A stretch of DNA of 64,000 nt, taken from contig CAZKJP010000001.1 in the NCBI GenBank assembly GCA_964553075.1, positions 6,339 to 70,338 on the forward strand, given 5' to 3'. This DNA comes from an uncultured Sangeribacter sp. Lineage in GTDB: Bacteria; Bacteroidota; Bacteroidia; Bacteroidales; Muribaculaceae. A model generated the notes under the pieces. It did no database searches. It was not told the DNA's origin and was given only the letters and a program-made list of their open reading frames with translations. Shown here piece after piece: positions 28,175 to 38,214 of this stretch (its first letter is position 1; the number at the start of each line of letters is the position of its first letter). The position numbers were made by a program, and so were the translations under genes.

Positions 28175-30664
28175 ATGCAGACTATTCTTAGCGAAGAGGA
28201 ACTTTACGATATGGGCTTGGAACCTCCTTACCTTGAGGATGGGGAGATTTACATGTCCTATTATTCAAATCCAGTTGGCTATACTTCAATTACCATTCCG
28301 GAAAATGGAACCCGACTACCTGTGTTCCCGGTAATGGGCCCTACAGTTCCTTTCCCGGGACAGATTCTGCAGCTATCTGCATATACGCAATTTGAGAGAA
28401 AAACAGTCATGGAGGCTTTTTCCTCAGGTGCTCCCCTATTCCTCGGTGTCTCCACGGATCAATGTCTTTCGCAAGATATGAGCATTCCTATTACCGAAAG
28501 AGTATGCGAGTTCGGAGTGGTTGCAAAGGTTGTCGAGGTCAATGCGGACAGAGAAGAGAACATGCTCTTGGTTTCTCTTCTATGCGGACAATTGGCAAAG
28601 ATAGACGTGAAGAACACTCTTAAACTTAAGAAACCTAAACCATTTGAGGCATTTTTACTGCCGGCGGAAACCCTATCTCCGGAACCTTCTTCCAGGATGC
28701 ATCCAAGGCTGTTCGATATCTATATCAAAATGAAGGTCTATCTGGAGGAATTAGGGGGACCATATTGCATGGTCCTTCTGAAACTGATGAGGTTATGCAA
28801 GAAATATTCTGATGAATTGCTTGTGAACTTCATTGCTCTCCATTCCCCATGTGAACGATTGATCAAGTATTCCCTGCTGACATTGTCTTTTGAGGCGAAG
28901 CTTGAGACCCTTGATATGTCTATCGAGGATGCAATATCGGAAATTGGAATCCGAAAAGAGGTGGCTTCCAAAACCTCAGAACAGATATCCCAGCAGCAGC
29001 GGGATAATTTTCTGCGCCATCAGATGGAGGCCATTAAATGTGAATTGGGCGAGAACTATGAGGAGAATACTGACATATCCGAACTTTCCCGAAGAGCTGA
29101 GCAAATGAAGTGGGATGATGGGACTATGCGGTACTTCCAGAAGGAATTGAAGAAGATGGAGCGTTTCAACATCTCAATGCCGGAATATTCCATCCAATAT
29201 AATTACCTGGATATGCTCCTCAATCTTCCATGGCATCGATATTCGAATCCTAAATTCACTTTGACCGAGGTGAGGGCGACTTTAGATGAAGACCATTACG
29301 GGCTCGAAAAGGTAAAGGAACGTATTATCGAACACATGGCAGTACATAAATTGCGCGGTGATATGAAGGCCCCCATTCTTTGTCTTGCAGGAGCTCCTGG
29401 TGTAGGTAAAACTTCATTAGGAAAAAGCATCGCCAAGGCTTTAGGGCGGGACTATTACAGAATTTCGTTAGGAGGCGTCTCCGATGAAGCTGAAATACGA
29501 GGACATCGGCGCACATACGTTGGAGCAATGCCGGGAAGAATTATGACAGCGCTCAGTAAATGTGAAAATGGTAACCCTGTTATCCTGCTCGATGAGATTG
29601 ACAAAATTGGAAAGGGACTGAAGGGTGATCCAGCCCAGGCTCTTTTAGAGGTTCTGGATCCGGAGCAGAACTCCACTTTCCATGATAATTACATAGATCT
29701 GGATTATGATCTCTCTAATGTTTTCTTCATAGCCACTGCCAATACCTTGGCAGACGTATCCGGACCTTTGTTGGATAGAATGGAGGTCATAGAGCTTTCC
29801 GGATATGTTCTGGAAGAAAAGGTTGAGATAGCCTTGCAACATCTGTTGCCAAAGAACCTTAAGGTAAATGGTTTCGAGGAGAAGGAAGTAGAGTTTACCA
29901 AAGAGGCGGTCAAAACTCTGGTGGAATCCTATACAAGAGAAAGCGGCGTCCGCTCATTAGAGAAGAAAATCAAAGCAGTTTTGAGAAAAATAGCCTGCCT
30001 TAAGGTAGATGGAATGGAATACCCTCGTCAAGTCACTCCTGAAATTATAAGGAGTCTTTTAGGTAAGGAAGAGATCTACAGAGAGGCCTACGAGGATAAT
30101 TCATATTCCGGCGTAGTGACAGGACTTGCCTGGACGGCTGCCGGTGGAGAGGTACTTTTTATCGAGACCTCCATAAGTAAGGGAAAGGGAGACAAGTTGA
30201 CTCTTACCGGTAATCTTGGAAATGTGATGAAAGAGTCAGCTTCTTTGGCTTTGGAATACTTGCGCTCGCATCCTCAACAGATAGGATTGACAGCTGATGA
30301 TTTCAAAGATAAGGATGTTCATCTTCATGTGCCGGAAGGTGCCGTACCTAAGGATGGTCCCTCAGCCGGTATCACTATGACTGTTTCAATTGCCTCTGCA
30401 CTTACTCAGAGAAAGGTTAAGGAGAAACTGGCCATGACAGGCGAAATGACTCTTCGAGGCAAGGTTTTGCCGGTCGGTGGAATAAAGGAAAAGATTCTTG
30501 CTGCCCGGCGTGCCGGTATCAAGGAGATAATACTAAGCTCTCAGAACAGAAAGGATGTCGATGAGATCCCGGATAAGTATATCGAGGGTCTCGTGTTCAA
30601 ATATGTAGATCATGTTTCTGAAGTCTTGGCTCATTCGTTGCTTGAAGAGAAAGCGGATCATTAG
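28175..30664 (+). CDS. lon: ATP-dependent Lon protease with divergent N-domain
   Basis: [28 protein letters not shown] (catalytic Ser) and [11 protein letters not shown] (Lys). Confidence 0.95.
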   Translation: MQTILSEEELYDMGLEPPYLEDGEIYMSYYSNPVGYTSITIPENGTRLPVFPVMGPTVPFPGQILQLSAYTQFERKTVMEAFSSGAPLFLGVSTDQCLSQDMSIPITERVCEFGVVAKVVEVNADREENMLLVSLLCGQLAKIDVKNTLKLKKPKPFEAFLLPAETLSPEPSSRMHPRLFDIYIKMKVYLEELGGPYCMVLLKLMRLCKKYSDELLVNFIALHSPCERLIKYSLLTLSFEAKLETLDMSIEDAISEIGIRKEVASKTSEQISQQQRDNFLRHQMEAIKCELGENYEENTDISELSRRAEQMKWDDGTMRYFQKELKKMERFNISMPEYSIQYNYLDMLLNLPWHRYSNPKFTLTEVRATLDEDHYGLEKVKERIIEHMAVHKLRGDMKAPILCLAGAPGVGKTSLGKSIAKALGRDYYRISLGGVSDEAEIRGHRRTYVGAMPGRIMTALSKCENGNPVILLDEIDKIGKGLKGDPAQALLEVLDPEQNSTFHDNYIDLDYDLSNVFFIATANTLADVSGPLLDRMEVIELSGYVLEEKVEIALQHLLPKNLKVNGFEEKEVEFTKEAVKTLVESYTRESGVRSLEKKIKAVLRKIACLKVDGMEYPRQVTPEIIRSLLGKEEIYREAYEDNSYSGVVTGLAWTAAGGEVLFIETSISKGKGDKLTLTGNLGNVMKESASLALEYLRSHPQQIGLTADDFKDKDVHLHVPEGAVPKDGPSAGITMTVSIASALTQRKVKEKLAMTGEMTLRGKVLPVGGIKEKILAARRAGIKEIILSSQNRKDVDEIPDKYIEGLVFKYVDHVSEVLAHSLLEEKADH

Positions 30665-30785
30665 AACATGTTTCACAATTGATAATTCTTTGTAACCATT
30701 ATTTAATATACTGAGAATCAACCATCCTTAGGCATGTCTTGTTAGAAAGACAGAACTGTAAAACTTTCTAAGAAGACACAAGCAA

Positions 30786-30992
30786 ATGGTAATCCTCAAA
30801 TTCATATTAATAATGGTGGTCATGATAGGCATGATTGTATTGCTTATGAGTGTCCGTGCTTTGGGACATCCCAGTGAAACCATCGATAAGAAAGAGGCCG
30901 ACCAGATGCGCCGTGACATTGATATGGAAAGTTCACCTATCACATCACGTAGTGTGTTCAGCACCTTTCTGGCCAGAGACCGAAACAAGTAA
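30786..30992 (+). CDS. Small single-TM protein (68 aa)
   Basis: ATG after an A-rich leader, 22 hydrophobic N-terminal residues and its own terminator directly after. Confidence 0.6.
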   Translation: MVILKFILIMVVMIGMIVLLMSVRALGHPSETIDKKEADQMRRDIDMESSPITSRSVFSTFLARDRNK

Positions 30993-31014
30993 TTATAGAT
31001 GATACAACACTTTC

Positions 31015-31044
31015 CCCCGGTAGAGACTCTATCGGGGATTTTTT
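31015..31044 (+). terminator. Intrinsic terminator
   Basis: CCCCGGTAGA-GAC-TCTATCGGGG followed by ATTTTTT. Confidence 0.75.
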
Positions 31045-31045
31045 G

Positions 31046-31053
31046 TAATTTTG
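31046..31053 (+). promoter_or_regulatory. Bacteroidetes -7 element for the DEAD-box helicase gene
   Basis: TAATTTTG(C). Confidence 0.65.
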
Positions 31054-31059
31054 CAGTGT

Positions 31060-31104
31060 GATTCCTCGTCTCAAAAACATTCAAGGTGTCGAGTCGAGGT
31101 CTAA
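31060..31104. repeat. Degenerate copy of the palindromic repeat in the helicase 5' leader
   Basis: GATTCCTCGTCTCAAAAACATTCAAGGTGTCGAGTCGAGGTCTAA keeps CGTCTCA, the GGTCTAA end and CCTCG/CGAGG pairing. Confidence 0.55.
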
Positions 31105-31164
31105 GTGTTGGTTTAATCCACCTTTTTTCGCTCTCTCCTACTCTCCTATAACTACCTATTATAT

Positions 31165-32493
31165 ATGAGATTCGATGAGATACTGGAGAACGATGATGTT
31201 CTCGACGCCCTCTGGGATATGCATTTTGATGATTGCACCCCGATTCAGGAACAGGCCATACCCGCCGTACTGGATGGACGGGATCTATTGGCTTGTGCCC
31301 AGACCGGCACAGGTAAGACAGCAGCCTATCTGCTCCCTGTAATAGATCTTCTTGCAGATGGAAATTTCCCCAAAGACGCTGTCAATTGTGTAATAATGGC
31401 TCCCACTCGTGAGCTTGCCCAACAGATAGACCAGCAGATGCAGGGATTCTCCTATTTCTTACCGATCAGCAGTATGCCGGTTTACGGTGGAACCGATGGT
31501 CATACCTACGATCGCCAAAGAAGAAGCTTGAAAGCCGGAGCTGATGTCGTTATAGCAACCCCCGGTCGCCTTTTGGCTCATCTCGCTATGGGATATGTAG
31601 ACCTAAGCAAAGTCTCATTCTTCATATTGGATGAGGCCGACAGGATGCTCGACATGGGCTTCTTCGATGATATTATGCAGATCGTAGCCAGGCTGCCCAA
31701 AGATAGGCAGACATTATTGTTCTCGGCTACGATGCCTCCGAAAATTCAGCATTTGGCCTCCAAGATTCTTCATAATCCGGTTGAAATCAAGTTGGCCGTC
31801 TCTAAACCGGCCGACAAAATCAAGCAATCGGTATATATTTGTTATGAGACTCAAAAATTGGGGATAATCAAGCATGTCTTCTCTCAGACACCACCTAATA
31901 AGGTAATTGTCTTCTCCTCTTCCAAACTTAAGGTCAAGGAACTGACAAAGGCAGTCAGGCAGATGGGGTTTAAAGTCGGTGAGATGCACTCTGACCTGGA
32001 CCAATCGAAAAGAGAGGAGCAGATGCTGGATTTTAAAGCCGGTAATATCAACGTGCTCATTGCAACCGATATAGTTTCGAGAGGCATTGACATAGATGAT
32101 ATAGAGATGGTCATCAATTACGATGTACCAAGAGAGGCCGAAGACTATGTACACCGCATAGGCAGGACAGCCAGAGCAGACCGGGATGGGTGTGCAGTGA
32201 CTTTTGTCAGTGAGAAGGATAACGGTAAATTAAGGAAGATTGAAAGACTTCTTGAAAAAAAGATTCCCCGGGAGAGGATACCTGATTATCTTAGGATAGA
32301 GGGGCAGCCTGATCCTTCTGAACTACAAGAAAGAAAATCGGACAAACCGAAATCTTCGAGGACAAGGCGAGGAAAAAACTCTGATAAACGGTCTAACCGT
32401 CACCGTCACAAGAAATCCTCCAAAACCGGCACAGAGCCCCAGAAATATCATGAGACGGGCGCAAATCCTGATCAAGCCAACGGGAATTCCTAA
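31165..32493 (+). CDS. DEAD-box RNA helicase (RhlE-like)
   Basis: AQTGTGKT, PTRELA, TPGR, DEAD, SAT, HRIGRTAR and a basic tail. Confidence 0.95.
   Translation: MRFDEILENDDVLDALWDMHFDDCTPIQEQAIPAVLDGRDLLACAQTGTGKTAAYLLPVIDLLADGNFPKDAVNCVIMAPTRELAQQIDQQMQGFSYFLPISSMPVYGGTDGHTYDRQRRSLKAGADVVIATPGRLLAHLAMGYVDLSKVSFFILDEADRMLDMGFFDDIMQIVARLPKDRQTLLFSATMPPKIQHLASKILHNPVEIKLAVSKPADKIKQSVYICYETQKLGIIKHVFSQTPPNKVIVFSSSKLKVKELTKAVRQMGFKVGEMHSDLDQSKREEQMLDFKAGNINVLIATDIVSRGIDIDDIEMVINYDVPREAEDYVHRIGRTARADRDGCAVTFVSEKDNGKLRKIERLLEKKIPRERIPDYLRIEGQPDPSELQERKSDKPKSSRTRRGKNSDKRSNRHRHKKSSKTGTEPQKYHETGANPDQANGNS
32422..32465 (+). repeat. Decayed palindromic repeat inside the helicase C-terminal coding region
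   Basis: CAGAGCCCCAGAAATATCATGAGACGGGCGCAAA matches 25/34 nt of the consensus by hand. It encodes EPQKYHETGA, in the same frame as miaA EPLKINETGS. Confidence 0.7.
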
Positions 32494-32613
32494 TAATCAG
32501 GAGAATTGAACTTTCCGAGGTTTCTTACGTTAAATTATAAAGTGATTCCCGCAAAAGAGGAATATTTTTGGCTGGTTAATTATAGAAACGCAATAATTTA
32601 TTATAAAAGAAGT

Positions 32614-33684
32614 ATGAAAAAGACATTAACTTTCTTGGCATTGGTCGCACTTTGTATCCCGGCCTTTAGCCAAAACCTCGCAAAGAATGAAGCCAAGGCT
32701 CTTCAGAGTTTCTTGGCCGCTCCTGCTGTTAAGGAAGCCACAAATGCGGCTGCCTTGCAATTTAATGGTAACAATATCGCTAATTGTCCAGGCGTAAAGG
32801 TCGAGAACGGACATATTACCGAGATTGATTGGTCTAATAAGGATCTGGCCGGCAATCTGGATCTTTCTTCATTCCCGGCGCTCACTAAGGTTGATGTATC
32901 CAACAATCGCCTCTCCGGTCTTACTCTCAATCAACTCCCGGCTCTCAAAGAAGTCAACGCTTCCAAGAATCGGCTCTCGAATGTCAATGTAGCGAATGTA
33001 CCTGTATTGGAGACACTGAAACTGAACCGTAACAGGATCGCTGACATATCGTTTGGCCTGATGCCCTCTCTGAAAAAGCTGAATCTCGCTTCCAATCTAT
33101 TGGCTGGTCTTGATGTTAGCAATGTTCCTGCTCTTGAGGTGTTAAACGTTACCTCCAATCATCTTGAAGGTCTGTCGGTAAATGATTGCGTCAATTTAAA
33201 GAGCCTCTATGCCGGATTCAACGAATTGACCGAAATGCAATTGAGCGGACTTAAGAATCTCGAGAATCTTAATGTTGGAGATAACCGAATTAGCAAGCTT
33301 TACATACAGAATCTCCCCTCTTTGGTTACCCTTTTCTGCAGCGATAACCACATGACTGAATTGGCTGTCTCTGGATGTCAGGCCTTGAATGATATCTATG
33401 CCCCTTATAATGATCTGACAGCATTCAATGTTAATGACTGCGCTAATCTGGGATTCGTAAATCTTTCGTGGAATGACCTCACCTATGTGAACCTGAGCAA
33501 TCAGAACTTCCTTCAGAGGGTTAACGTTTCTAACAACCAGTTGGTAACCTTAGACGTAAGCTTTGATCAGATGCTGACTTATCTGAACATCTCCAATAAC
33601 TACAACCTCACCGACCTCCGTACTACTTCTGATTACAACCTTCGCCAGGTTGTCGGAGTATGGGATGAATGGGGTGGTATGTAA
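32614..33684 (+). CDS. Exported leucine-rich repeat protein
   Basis: Signal peptide MKKTLTFLALVALCIPAFSQ and about 13 21-aa LxxLxxxxNxLxxL repeats. Confidence 0.9.
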   Translation: MKKTLTFLALVALCIPAFSQNLAKNEAKALQSFLAAPAVKEATNAAALQFNGNNIANCPGVKVENGHITEIDWSNKDLAGNLDLSSFPALTKVDVSNNRLSGLTLNQLPALKEVNASKNRLSNVNVANVPVLETLKLNRNRIADISFGLMPSLKKLNLASNLLAGLDVSNVPALEVLNVTSNHLEGLSVNDCVNLKSLYAGFNELTEMQLSGLKNLENLNVGDNRISKLYIQNLPSLVTLFCSDNHMTELAVSGCQALNDIYAPYNDLTAFNVNDCANLGFVNLSWNDLTYVNLSNQNFLQRVNVSNNQLVTLDVSFDQMLTYLNISNNYNLTDLRTTSDYNLRQVVGVWDEWGGM

Positions 33685-33709
33685 TAGATAGATTATAAAA
33701 ACGAATATT

Positions 33710-33751
33710 ATATGCAGAGAGGATTTTTTTCTCTCTGCATATTTTATTTTT
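33710..33751 (+). terminator. Intrinsic terminator
   Basis: ATATGCAGAGAG...CTCTCTGCATAT followed by a T-tract. Confidence 0.8.
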
Positions 33752-33764
33752 ATAGAATTATTAT

Positions 33765-33772
33765 TACTTTTG
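33765..33772 (+). promoter_or_regulatory. Bacteroidetes -7 element
   Basis: TACTTTTG upstream of the long + strand gene run starting at 33864. Confidence 0.55.
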
Positions 33773-33863
33773 TAAAAGGAATGGACAAAGAACTGCTACA
33801 AGTCTACCTATGTTCAGAATGGTGAGTTGTGGTTCTTCATTTAATTCCTTAATTATTAAGTAT

Positions 33864-34718
33864 ATGCCGAAATTTATAATAGTAGACGCCGGAGGAACAA
33901 AGACCGATTGGGTAATGGTCAAGGATGGAATAGTTGAGGGGGGCAGGGTAAGTTGCCCCGGTCTTAATGCTATACTGTCCACAGATAAGAAGATCAGGGA
34001 AGTGATCGAGCAGGCAAAGAGTGAATTGCCGGAAGAAAAGCCGGATGCAATCTTCTATTATGGAGCCGGATGCGCTACAGAGGCGGCATGCAATCGTATT
34101 TCCATTCAATTGTCAGAGATCTGGCCCGGGGTTCCTGCTGATGTCAATAGCGATATGTTGGGAGCCGCAAGGGGGCTGTTGGGAAATAAACGCGGGATTG
34201 CCTGTATTCTGGGTACCGGTAGCAATTCCTGTCTGTATGATGGTAATGAAATTGCAGATGGAATACCCTCATTAGGTTTTATCCTTGGTGATGAAGGAAG
34301 TGGAGCGGCCTTAGGGCGCCGTCTGATGACTGATGTGCTGAAGCGTCAGCTCCCTGAATACTTACGAGACCAATTCAAAGAGGAATACAGTATCGAATTA
34401 TCCGAGGTATTGGAAAATGTCTATAAGCATCCTGAGCCTAATCGGTACTTGGCTTCATTTGTGCCGTTTTTGGCTTCAAGACTTTTAGATCCATATATTT
34501 ACCAATTGGTTCTAAGGGAATTCACACGTTTTGTAAAGAGAAATGTTTTGCCCTACCCTGGGGCTGTTTCATTGCCAATCGCCTTTACCGGGTCTATATC
34601 TCATCATTTTGAGAAAATTCTTAGGGAGGCTGCCTCGCAAGTCGGTATTCCCATCAAGACTATCACTCAATCCCCCCTTGAAGGATTGATAGCTTATCAT
34701 TCAGAATCGTTTAAATGA
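33864..34718 (+). CDS. BadF/BadG/BcrA/BcrD-type ATPase (N-acetylhexosamine kinase-like)
   Basis: DAGGTKTDW, ILGTGSNS and LGDEGSGA. ATG at 33864 preferred. Confidence 0.85.
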   Translation: MPKFIIVDAGGTKTDWVMVKDGIVEGGRVSCPGLNAILSTDKKIREVIEQAKSELPEEKPDAIFYYGAGCATEAACNRISIQLSEIWPGVPADVNSDMLGAARGLLGNKRGIACILGTGSNSCLYDGNEIADGIPSLGFILGDEGSGAALGRRLMTDVLKRQLPEYLRDQFKEEYSIELSEVLENVYKHPEPNRYLASFVPFLASRLLDPYIYQLVLREFTRFVKRNVLPYPGAVSLPIAFTGSISHHFEKILREAASQVGIPIKTITQSPLEGLIAYHSESFK

Positions 34719-35377
34719 AAAATTCGATCTTTACACTCATAGTGGCAATAGGATGTCTTTGCTTCATGATTCCTTCCTCAGCCAATGCCGATGAATATTG
34801 GGACCAGAGGGTTTCCCTTTTCGATACCTTACCTATTTATAATAAAGATATTGTGTTCTTAGGAAACTCCATAACCGATGGAGGTGAGTTTGCGGAGTTC
34901 TTCCATAATCCCGATATCAAGAATAGAGGTATAAGATCGGATGTCATTGAAGGGGTGAGGAAACGTCTTTATCAAATAACCCCGGGGCATCCTTCCAAGA
35001 TATTCTTACTCATTGGTATCAATGACGTCTCACATCATCTTGGAGCTAAGAAAATTGCTGAAAGGTACCGTAACTTAGTAAGGGATATCAGAGAGCAGTC
35101 TCCGGAGACTCAACTCTATATTCAATCTATAATGCCTGTCAACAATAGTTTCGCAAGATACAAGAACCTGATCGGCCAAGAAAAGACGATCAAGGAACTA
35201 AATCCGATGCTAAGGCAGATTGCCGAAGAAGAAGGAGCACAATATATAGATCTGACTCCGGCTTTATCTGATAGCAAAGGGAATTTGCGTAAAGAGTTTA
35301 CAAACGACGGGTTGCATCTGACTGGAAAGGGTTATGCAGCATGGATGGATGTAATAGCTCCTTATGTTTCCCGTTAA
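34715..35377 (+). CDS. Exported GDSL/SGNH esterase
   Basis: Signal peptide, FLGNSIT, NRG, GIND and DGLH blocks. Confidence 0.88.
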   Translation: MKNSIFTLIVAIGCLCFMIPSSANADEYWDQRVSLFDTLPIYNKDIVFLGNSITDGGEFAEFFHNPDIKNRGIRSDVIEGVRKRLYQITPGHPSKIFLLIGINDVSHHLGAKKIAERYRNLVRDIREQSPETQLYIQSIMPVNNSFARYKNLIGQEKTIKELNPMLRQIAEEEGAQYIDLTPALSDSKGNLRKEFTNDGLHLTGKGYAAWMDVIAPYVSR

Positions 35378-35385
35378 ATATCATT

Positions 35386-35883
35386 ATGATGGATTTGATA
35401 AAACGTCTATATATACGCTTTAGTGGTTATTCCTATACGAATCTGGGACGTCTTTTCCTAAGATTGTTCGTAGGAGTCATGCTGTTGCAATTTGGGGTGC
35501 GTCAGATTGACCACTTTTCGGTCATGGTAGATGCCTTTCCCCATATATTCGGATTATCCGGGGCCGGCGCTCTCGTCCTTTTGATTTGTATAGAAATAGG
35601 TTGCTCCCTATTCATAATGGCAGGCTTCCTTACTCGGGTAATGACCATACCCCCCATTATAGCCATGCTGATAGCAGAGTTCTATCTCTTCAATAATTTC
35701 AGTTTCGGAGAAGATATCTATCAGTTAGGATGGCAGACACCGGTGTATCTTCCTATCATGTTTATCGGAATTTACCTGTTCATCATGTTGGTTGGTCCCG
35801 GAAAAATATCAGTAGATTATTTTTATTCGCTTTATTTGATTCATAGCGAGGATAAGAGCGAAGAGGAGCTTGAAGAGGTATGA
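35386..35883 (+). CDS. DoxX family membrane protein
   Basis: LFLRLFVG, E..GFLTR and GPGKISVD. Four TM helices. Confidence 0.8.
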   Translation: MMDLIKRLYIRFSGYSYTNLGRLFLRLFVGVMLLQFGVRQIDHFSVMVDAFPHIFGLSGAGALVLLICIEIGCSLFIMAGFLTRVMTIPPIIAMLIAEFYLFNNFSFGEDIYQLGWQTPVYLPIMFIGIYLFIMLVGPGKISVDYFYSLYLIHSEDKSEEELEEV

Positions 35884-36980
35884 AGATCGCAGTTCTTATT
35901 TCGGGAGGTGTAGATAGCGCGGTCGTGGTACATAAGCTTTATCAAGAAGGACATGACCTACACCTTTTCTATATACGCATTGGAATGGATAACGGCGAGG
36001 GGGAATGTTCGGCAGAGGAGGACATAGAGCTATGTACCTTGATAGCGAATAAATATAACTTACCATTGGATATAATCCCACTTCAAGAAGAATACTGGGA
36101 ACACGTCATCGGGTACACTCTCGATACAGTATCACGGGGATTGACCCCCCACCCCGATATGATGTGCAATAAGCTTATCAAGTTCGGGTTCTTTGAGGAA
36201 AGGGTAGGAAAGGATTTTGACAGAACTGCAACTGGCCATTATGCCGACACAATTGTTGATAACGGTCAAATATACCTGGCTACCGCCCCGGACGCTGTGA
36301 AAGATCAGACGGACTTCTTAGCGCAGCTTAGTCCCCGCCAATTAAAGCATATCATTTTCCCTTTAGGAGGAATGACTAAGGAGGAGGTAAGGCGTTTAGC
36401 AGCCGAGGCTAACCTTCCTAACGCTTCCAGAAAAGATTCCCAGGGAATTTGTTTTTTGGGGAAGATAAATTACAATGACTTTCTACGAAGGCATCTCGGG
36501 GAAAAGGAGGGTCCGGTGATTGAGCTTGAGACCGGGAAAAAAATTGGCGTTCACAGAGGTTTCTGGTTCCATACTATCGGCCAGCGCAAAGGACTCGGTT
36601 TGAGTGGTGGCCCATGGTTTGTCGTTAAAAAGAATCCCAAAGAGAATGTTATATATGTTTCTAAAGGATATGAGACTCCAAAACAATACGGACGGGAAAT
36701 TACTGTCCGAGAGATGAATTGGATTACCATCGATCCTTTTAAGGATATAGACAATAGGCCGTTAGACCATCCTATAGATGAATTGGAGGATGGCTCACTG
36801 AAGGTTTCTTTCAAGACCCGCCATACACCGGAATTTCTTACGGGAAGGATCCGGCAGTTAGAAGATGGTCTGCTTCTGGAAAGCGATAGTGATATCCAGG
36901 GGATAGCTCCGGGTCAATTTCTAATAATTTATACTCCGGACCGAAAACTCTGTTTAGGTTCAGGAATGATCAGTAAATGA
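35880..36980 (+). CDS. mnmA: tRNA 2-thiouridylase MnmA
   Basis: SGGVDS, PDMMCNKLIKFG, ATGHYA, KDQT, DSQGICFLG and TIGQRKGL. Confidence 0.95.
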   Translation: MKIAVLISGGVDSAVVVHKLYQEGHDLHLFYIRIGMDNGEGECSAEEDIELCTLIANKYNLPLDIIPLQEEYWEHVIGYTLDTVSRGLTPHPDMMCNKLIKFGFFEERVGKDFDRTATGHYADTIVDNGQIYLATAPDAVKDQTDFLAQLSPRQLKHIIFPLGGMTKEEVRRLAAEANLPNASRKDSQGICFLGKINYNDFLRRHLGEKEGPVIELETGKKIGVHRGFWFHTIGQRKGLGLSGGPWFVVKKNPKENVIYVSKGYETPKQYGREITVREMNWITIDPFKDIDNRPLDHPIDELEDGSLKVSFKTRHTPEFLTGRIRQLEDGLLLESDSDIQGIAPGQFLIIYTPDRKLCLGSGMISK

Positions 36981-37022
36981 ATTAATTCGTAAATGAGTAT
37001 GATTCCCTTTCGAAAGCATTGT

Positions 37023-37064
37023 TAACACTACGTCTCACAAAACTTAAGAGACACCAAGGTTAAA
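37023..37064. repeat. Degenerate 42-bp copy of the palindromic repeat
   Basis: TAACACTACGTCTCACAAAACTTAAGAGACACCAAGGTTAAA matches 31/42 ungapped to the reverse-complement consensus by hand. Confidence 0.8.
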
Positions 37065-37090
37065 GAGGGAAATAATAAAGACTTCTATTT

Positions 37091-37696
37091 ATGGATGACA
37101 GAATAGCTCTTAAATTAATAGGTATCACCTATAATCAAATAGAATCCGGTGTGTATGCGCTGATTCTCCAGGAGGAGGATGGAGTCAGGCGCCTTCCGAT
37201 TGTGATCGGGTATCCGGAAGCGCAGGCAATCGAATGTAAGATGCAGGAAGTTGCCACTCCTCGGCCGCTCACACATGATTTATTCATAAATTGCATCAAT
37301 CAGTTCGGAATGGAACTGCTTGAGATAAGGATACATCGCTTGCCAAGCGGTGTCTTTGCCGCAGATATGGTATTTCAAGGTCCAAGAGGAAATTTAGAAG
37401 TTGTAGACGCCAGATCAAGCGATGCGATAGCCTTGGCAATTAGAGCCGGTGCCCCGATTTTTACTTCTGAACAGTTAATGGCTGAAGTAGGGTTTACTCC
37501 GGGGAAGGAAAATGAAAGAAAGGATATGAATAGTGTCAGAAGTACACCGAAAAAGGCTTCTGCCCAATCACCCTTGGCATCTCAATCTTCAGAATCGTTG
37601 GAAAAGGCTTTGGAGAAAGCTGTGGAAAATGAAGATTACGAACGAGCCGGCGAGATAAAAAAAGAACTTGATAAACGTAACGGATCACAACAATGA
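37091..37696 (+). CDS. Bifunctional nuclease family (DUF151) with UvrB/C motif
   Basis: LPIVIG..EAQAI, RPLTHDL, DARSSDAIALA and EDYERA. Confidence 0.9.
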   Translation: MDDRIALKLIGITYNQIESGVYALILQEEDGVRRLPIVIGYPEAQAIECKMQEVATPRPLTHDLFINCINQFGMELLEIRIHRLPSGVFAADMVFQGPRGNLEVVDARSSDAIALAIRAGAPIFTSEQLMAEVGFTPGKENERKDMNSVRSTPKKASAQSPLASQSSESLEKALEKAVENEDYERAGEIKKELDKRNGSQQ

Positions 37697-38196
37697 AAAA
37701 CAGACGCGAAAGAGTTGAATTGCTGGTAGAGCTTATCAAGACAAAGAATATTTCGTCTCAGGAACAGCTGTCAAAACTACTTGCTGAGAGAGGTTATAAG
37801 GTAACTCAGGCTACGTTAAGCCGTGATTTAAAACTTCTTAAGACCTCCAAAGTTCCTACAGACCGGGGTGAATATGTCTACCGTCTTCCCGATGCCAATA
37901 CTATCAAGGATACGATGTTAGCTTCCGGAGAAACCCATCCTGCCCTTAGACATCAAGGAGTAGGTTTCATCTCTTTGGAATTCAGTGGAAATATCGCGGT
38001 AGTGAAGACCCGTAACGGTTATGCTTCCGGTGTGGCTTACGATATTGATATCCTTGGCGGAACTGAAATTATTGGGACCGTTGCCGGGGCCAATACCATA
38101 ATAGTTATCATACGTGAAGGAGTATCTCATAAAGAAGTTTACAAGCTTCTGTCAAGAATCCTTCCGCTCCCGATAGCTGAGGAACCTGATCTATAA
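37693..38196 (+). CDS. argR: Arginine repressor
   Basis: SQEQL, VTQATLSRDL and C-terminal GTVAG (ANT in place of the usual DDT). Confidence 0.9.
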   Translation: MKNRRERVELLVELIKTKNISSQEQLSKLLAERGYKVTQATLSRDLKLLKTSKVPTDRGEYVYRLPDANTIKDTMLASGETHPALRHQGVGFISLEFSGNIAVVKTRNGYASGVAYDIDILGGTEIIGTVAGANTIIVIIREGVSHKEVYKLLSRILPLPIAEEPDL

Positions 38197-38214
38197 TTAG
38201 TATAGCCATAGATT

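Noticed and set aside
36762-36800. TTAGACCATCCT...AGGATGG hairpin in an apparent short insertion in mnmA
   Set aside because: Only the first 7 nt match the repeat consensus, too weak to call without a profile search.
36976-37008. Possible ARG boxes (TGAATTAATTCG, TGAGTATGATTCC) upstream of the DUF151-argR genes
   Set aside because: Half-site spacing does not fit the 18-bp ARG box, and AT-rich chance matches are likely.
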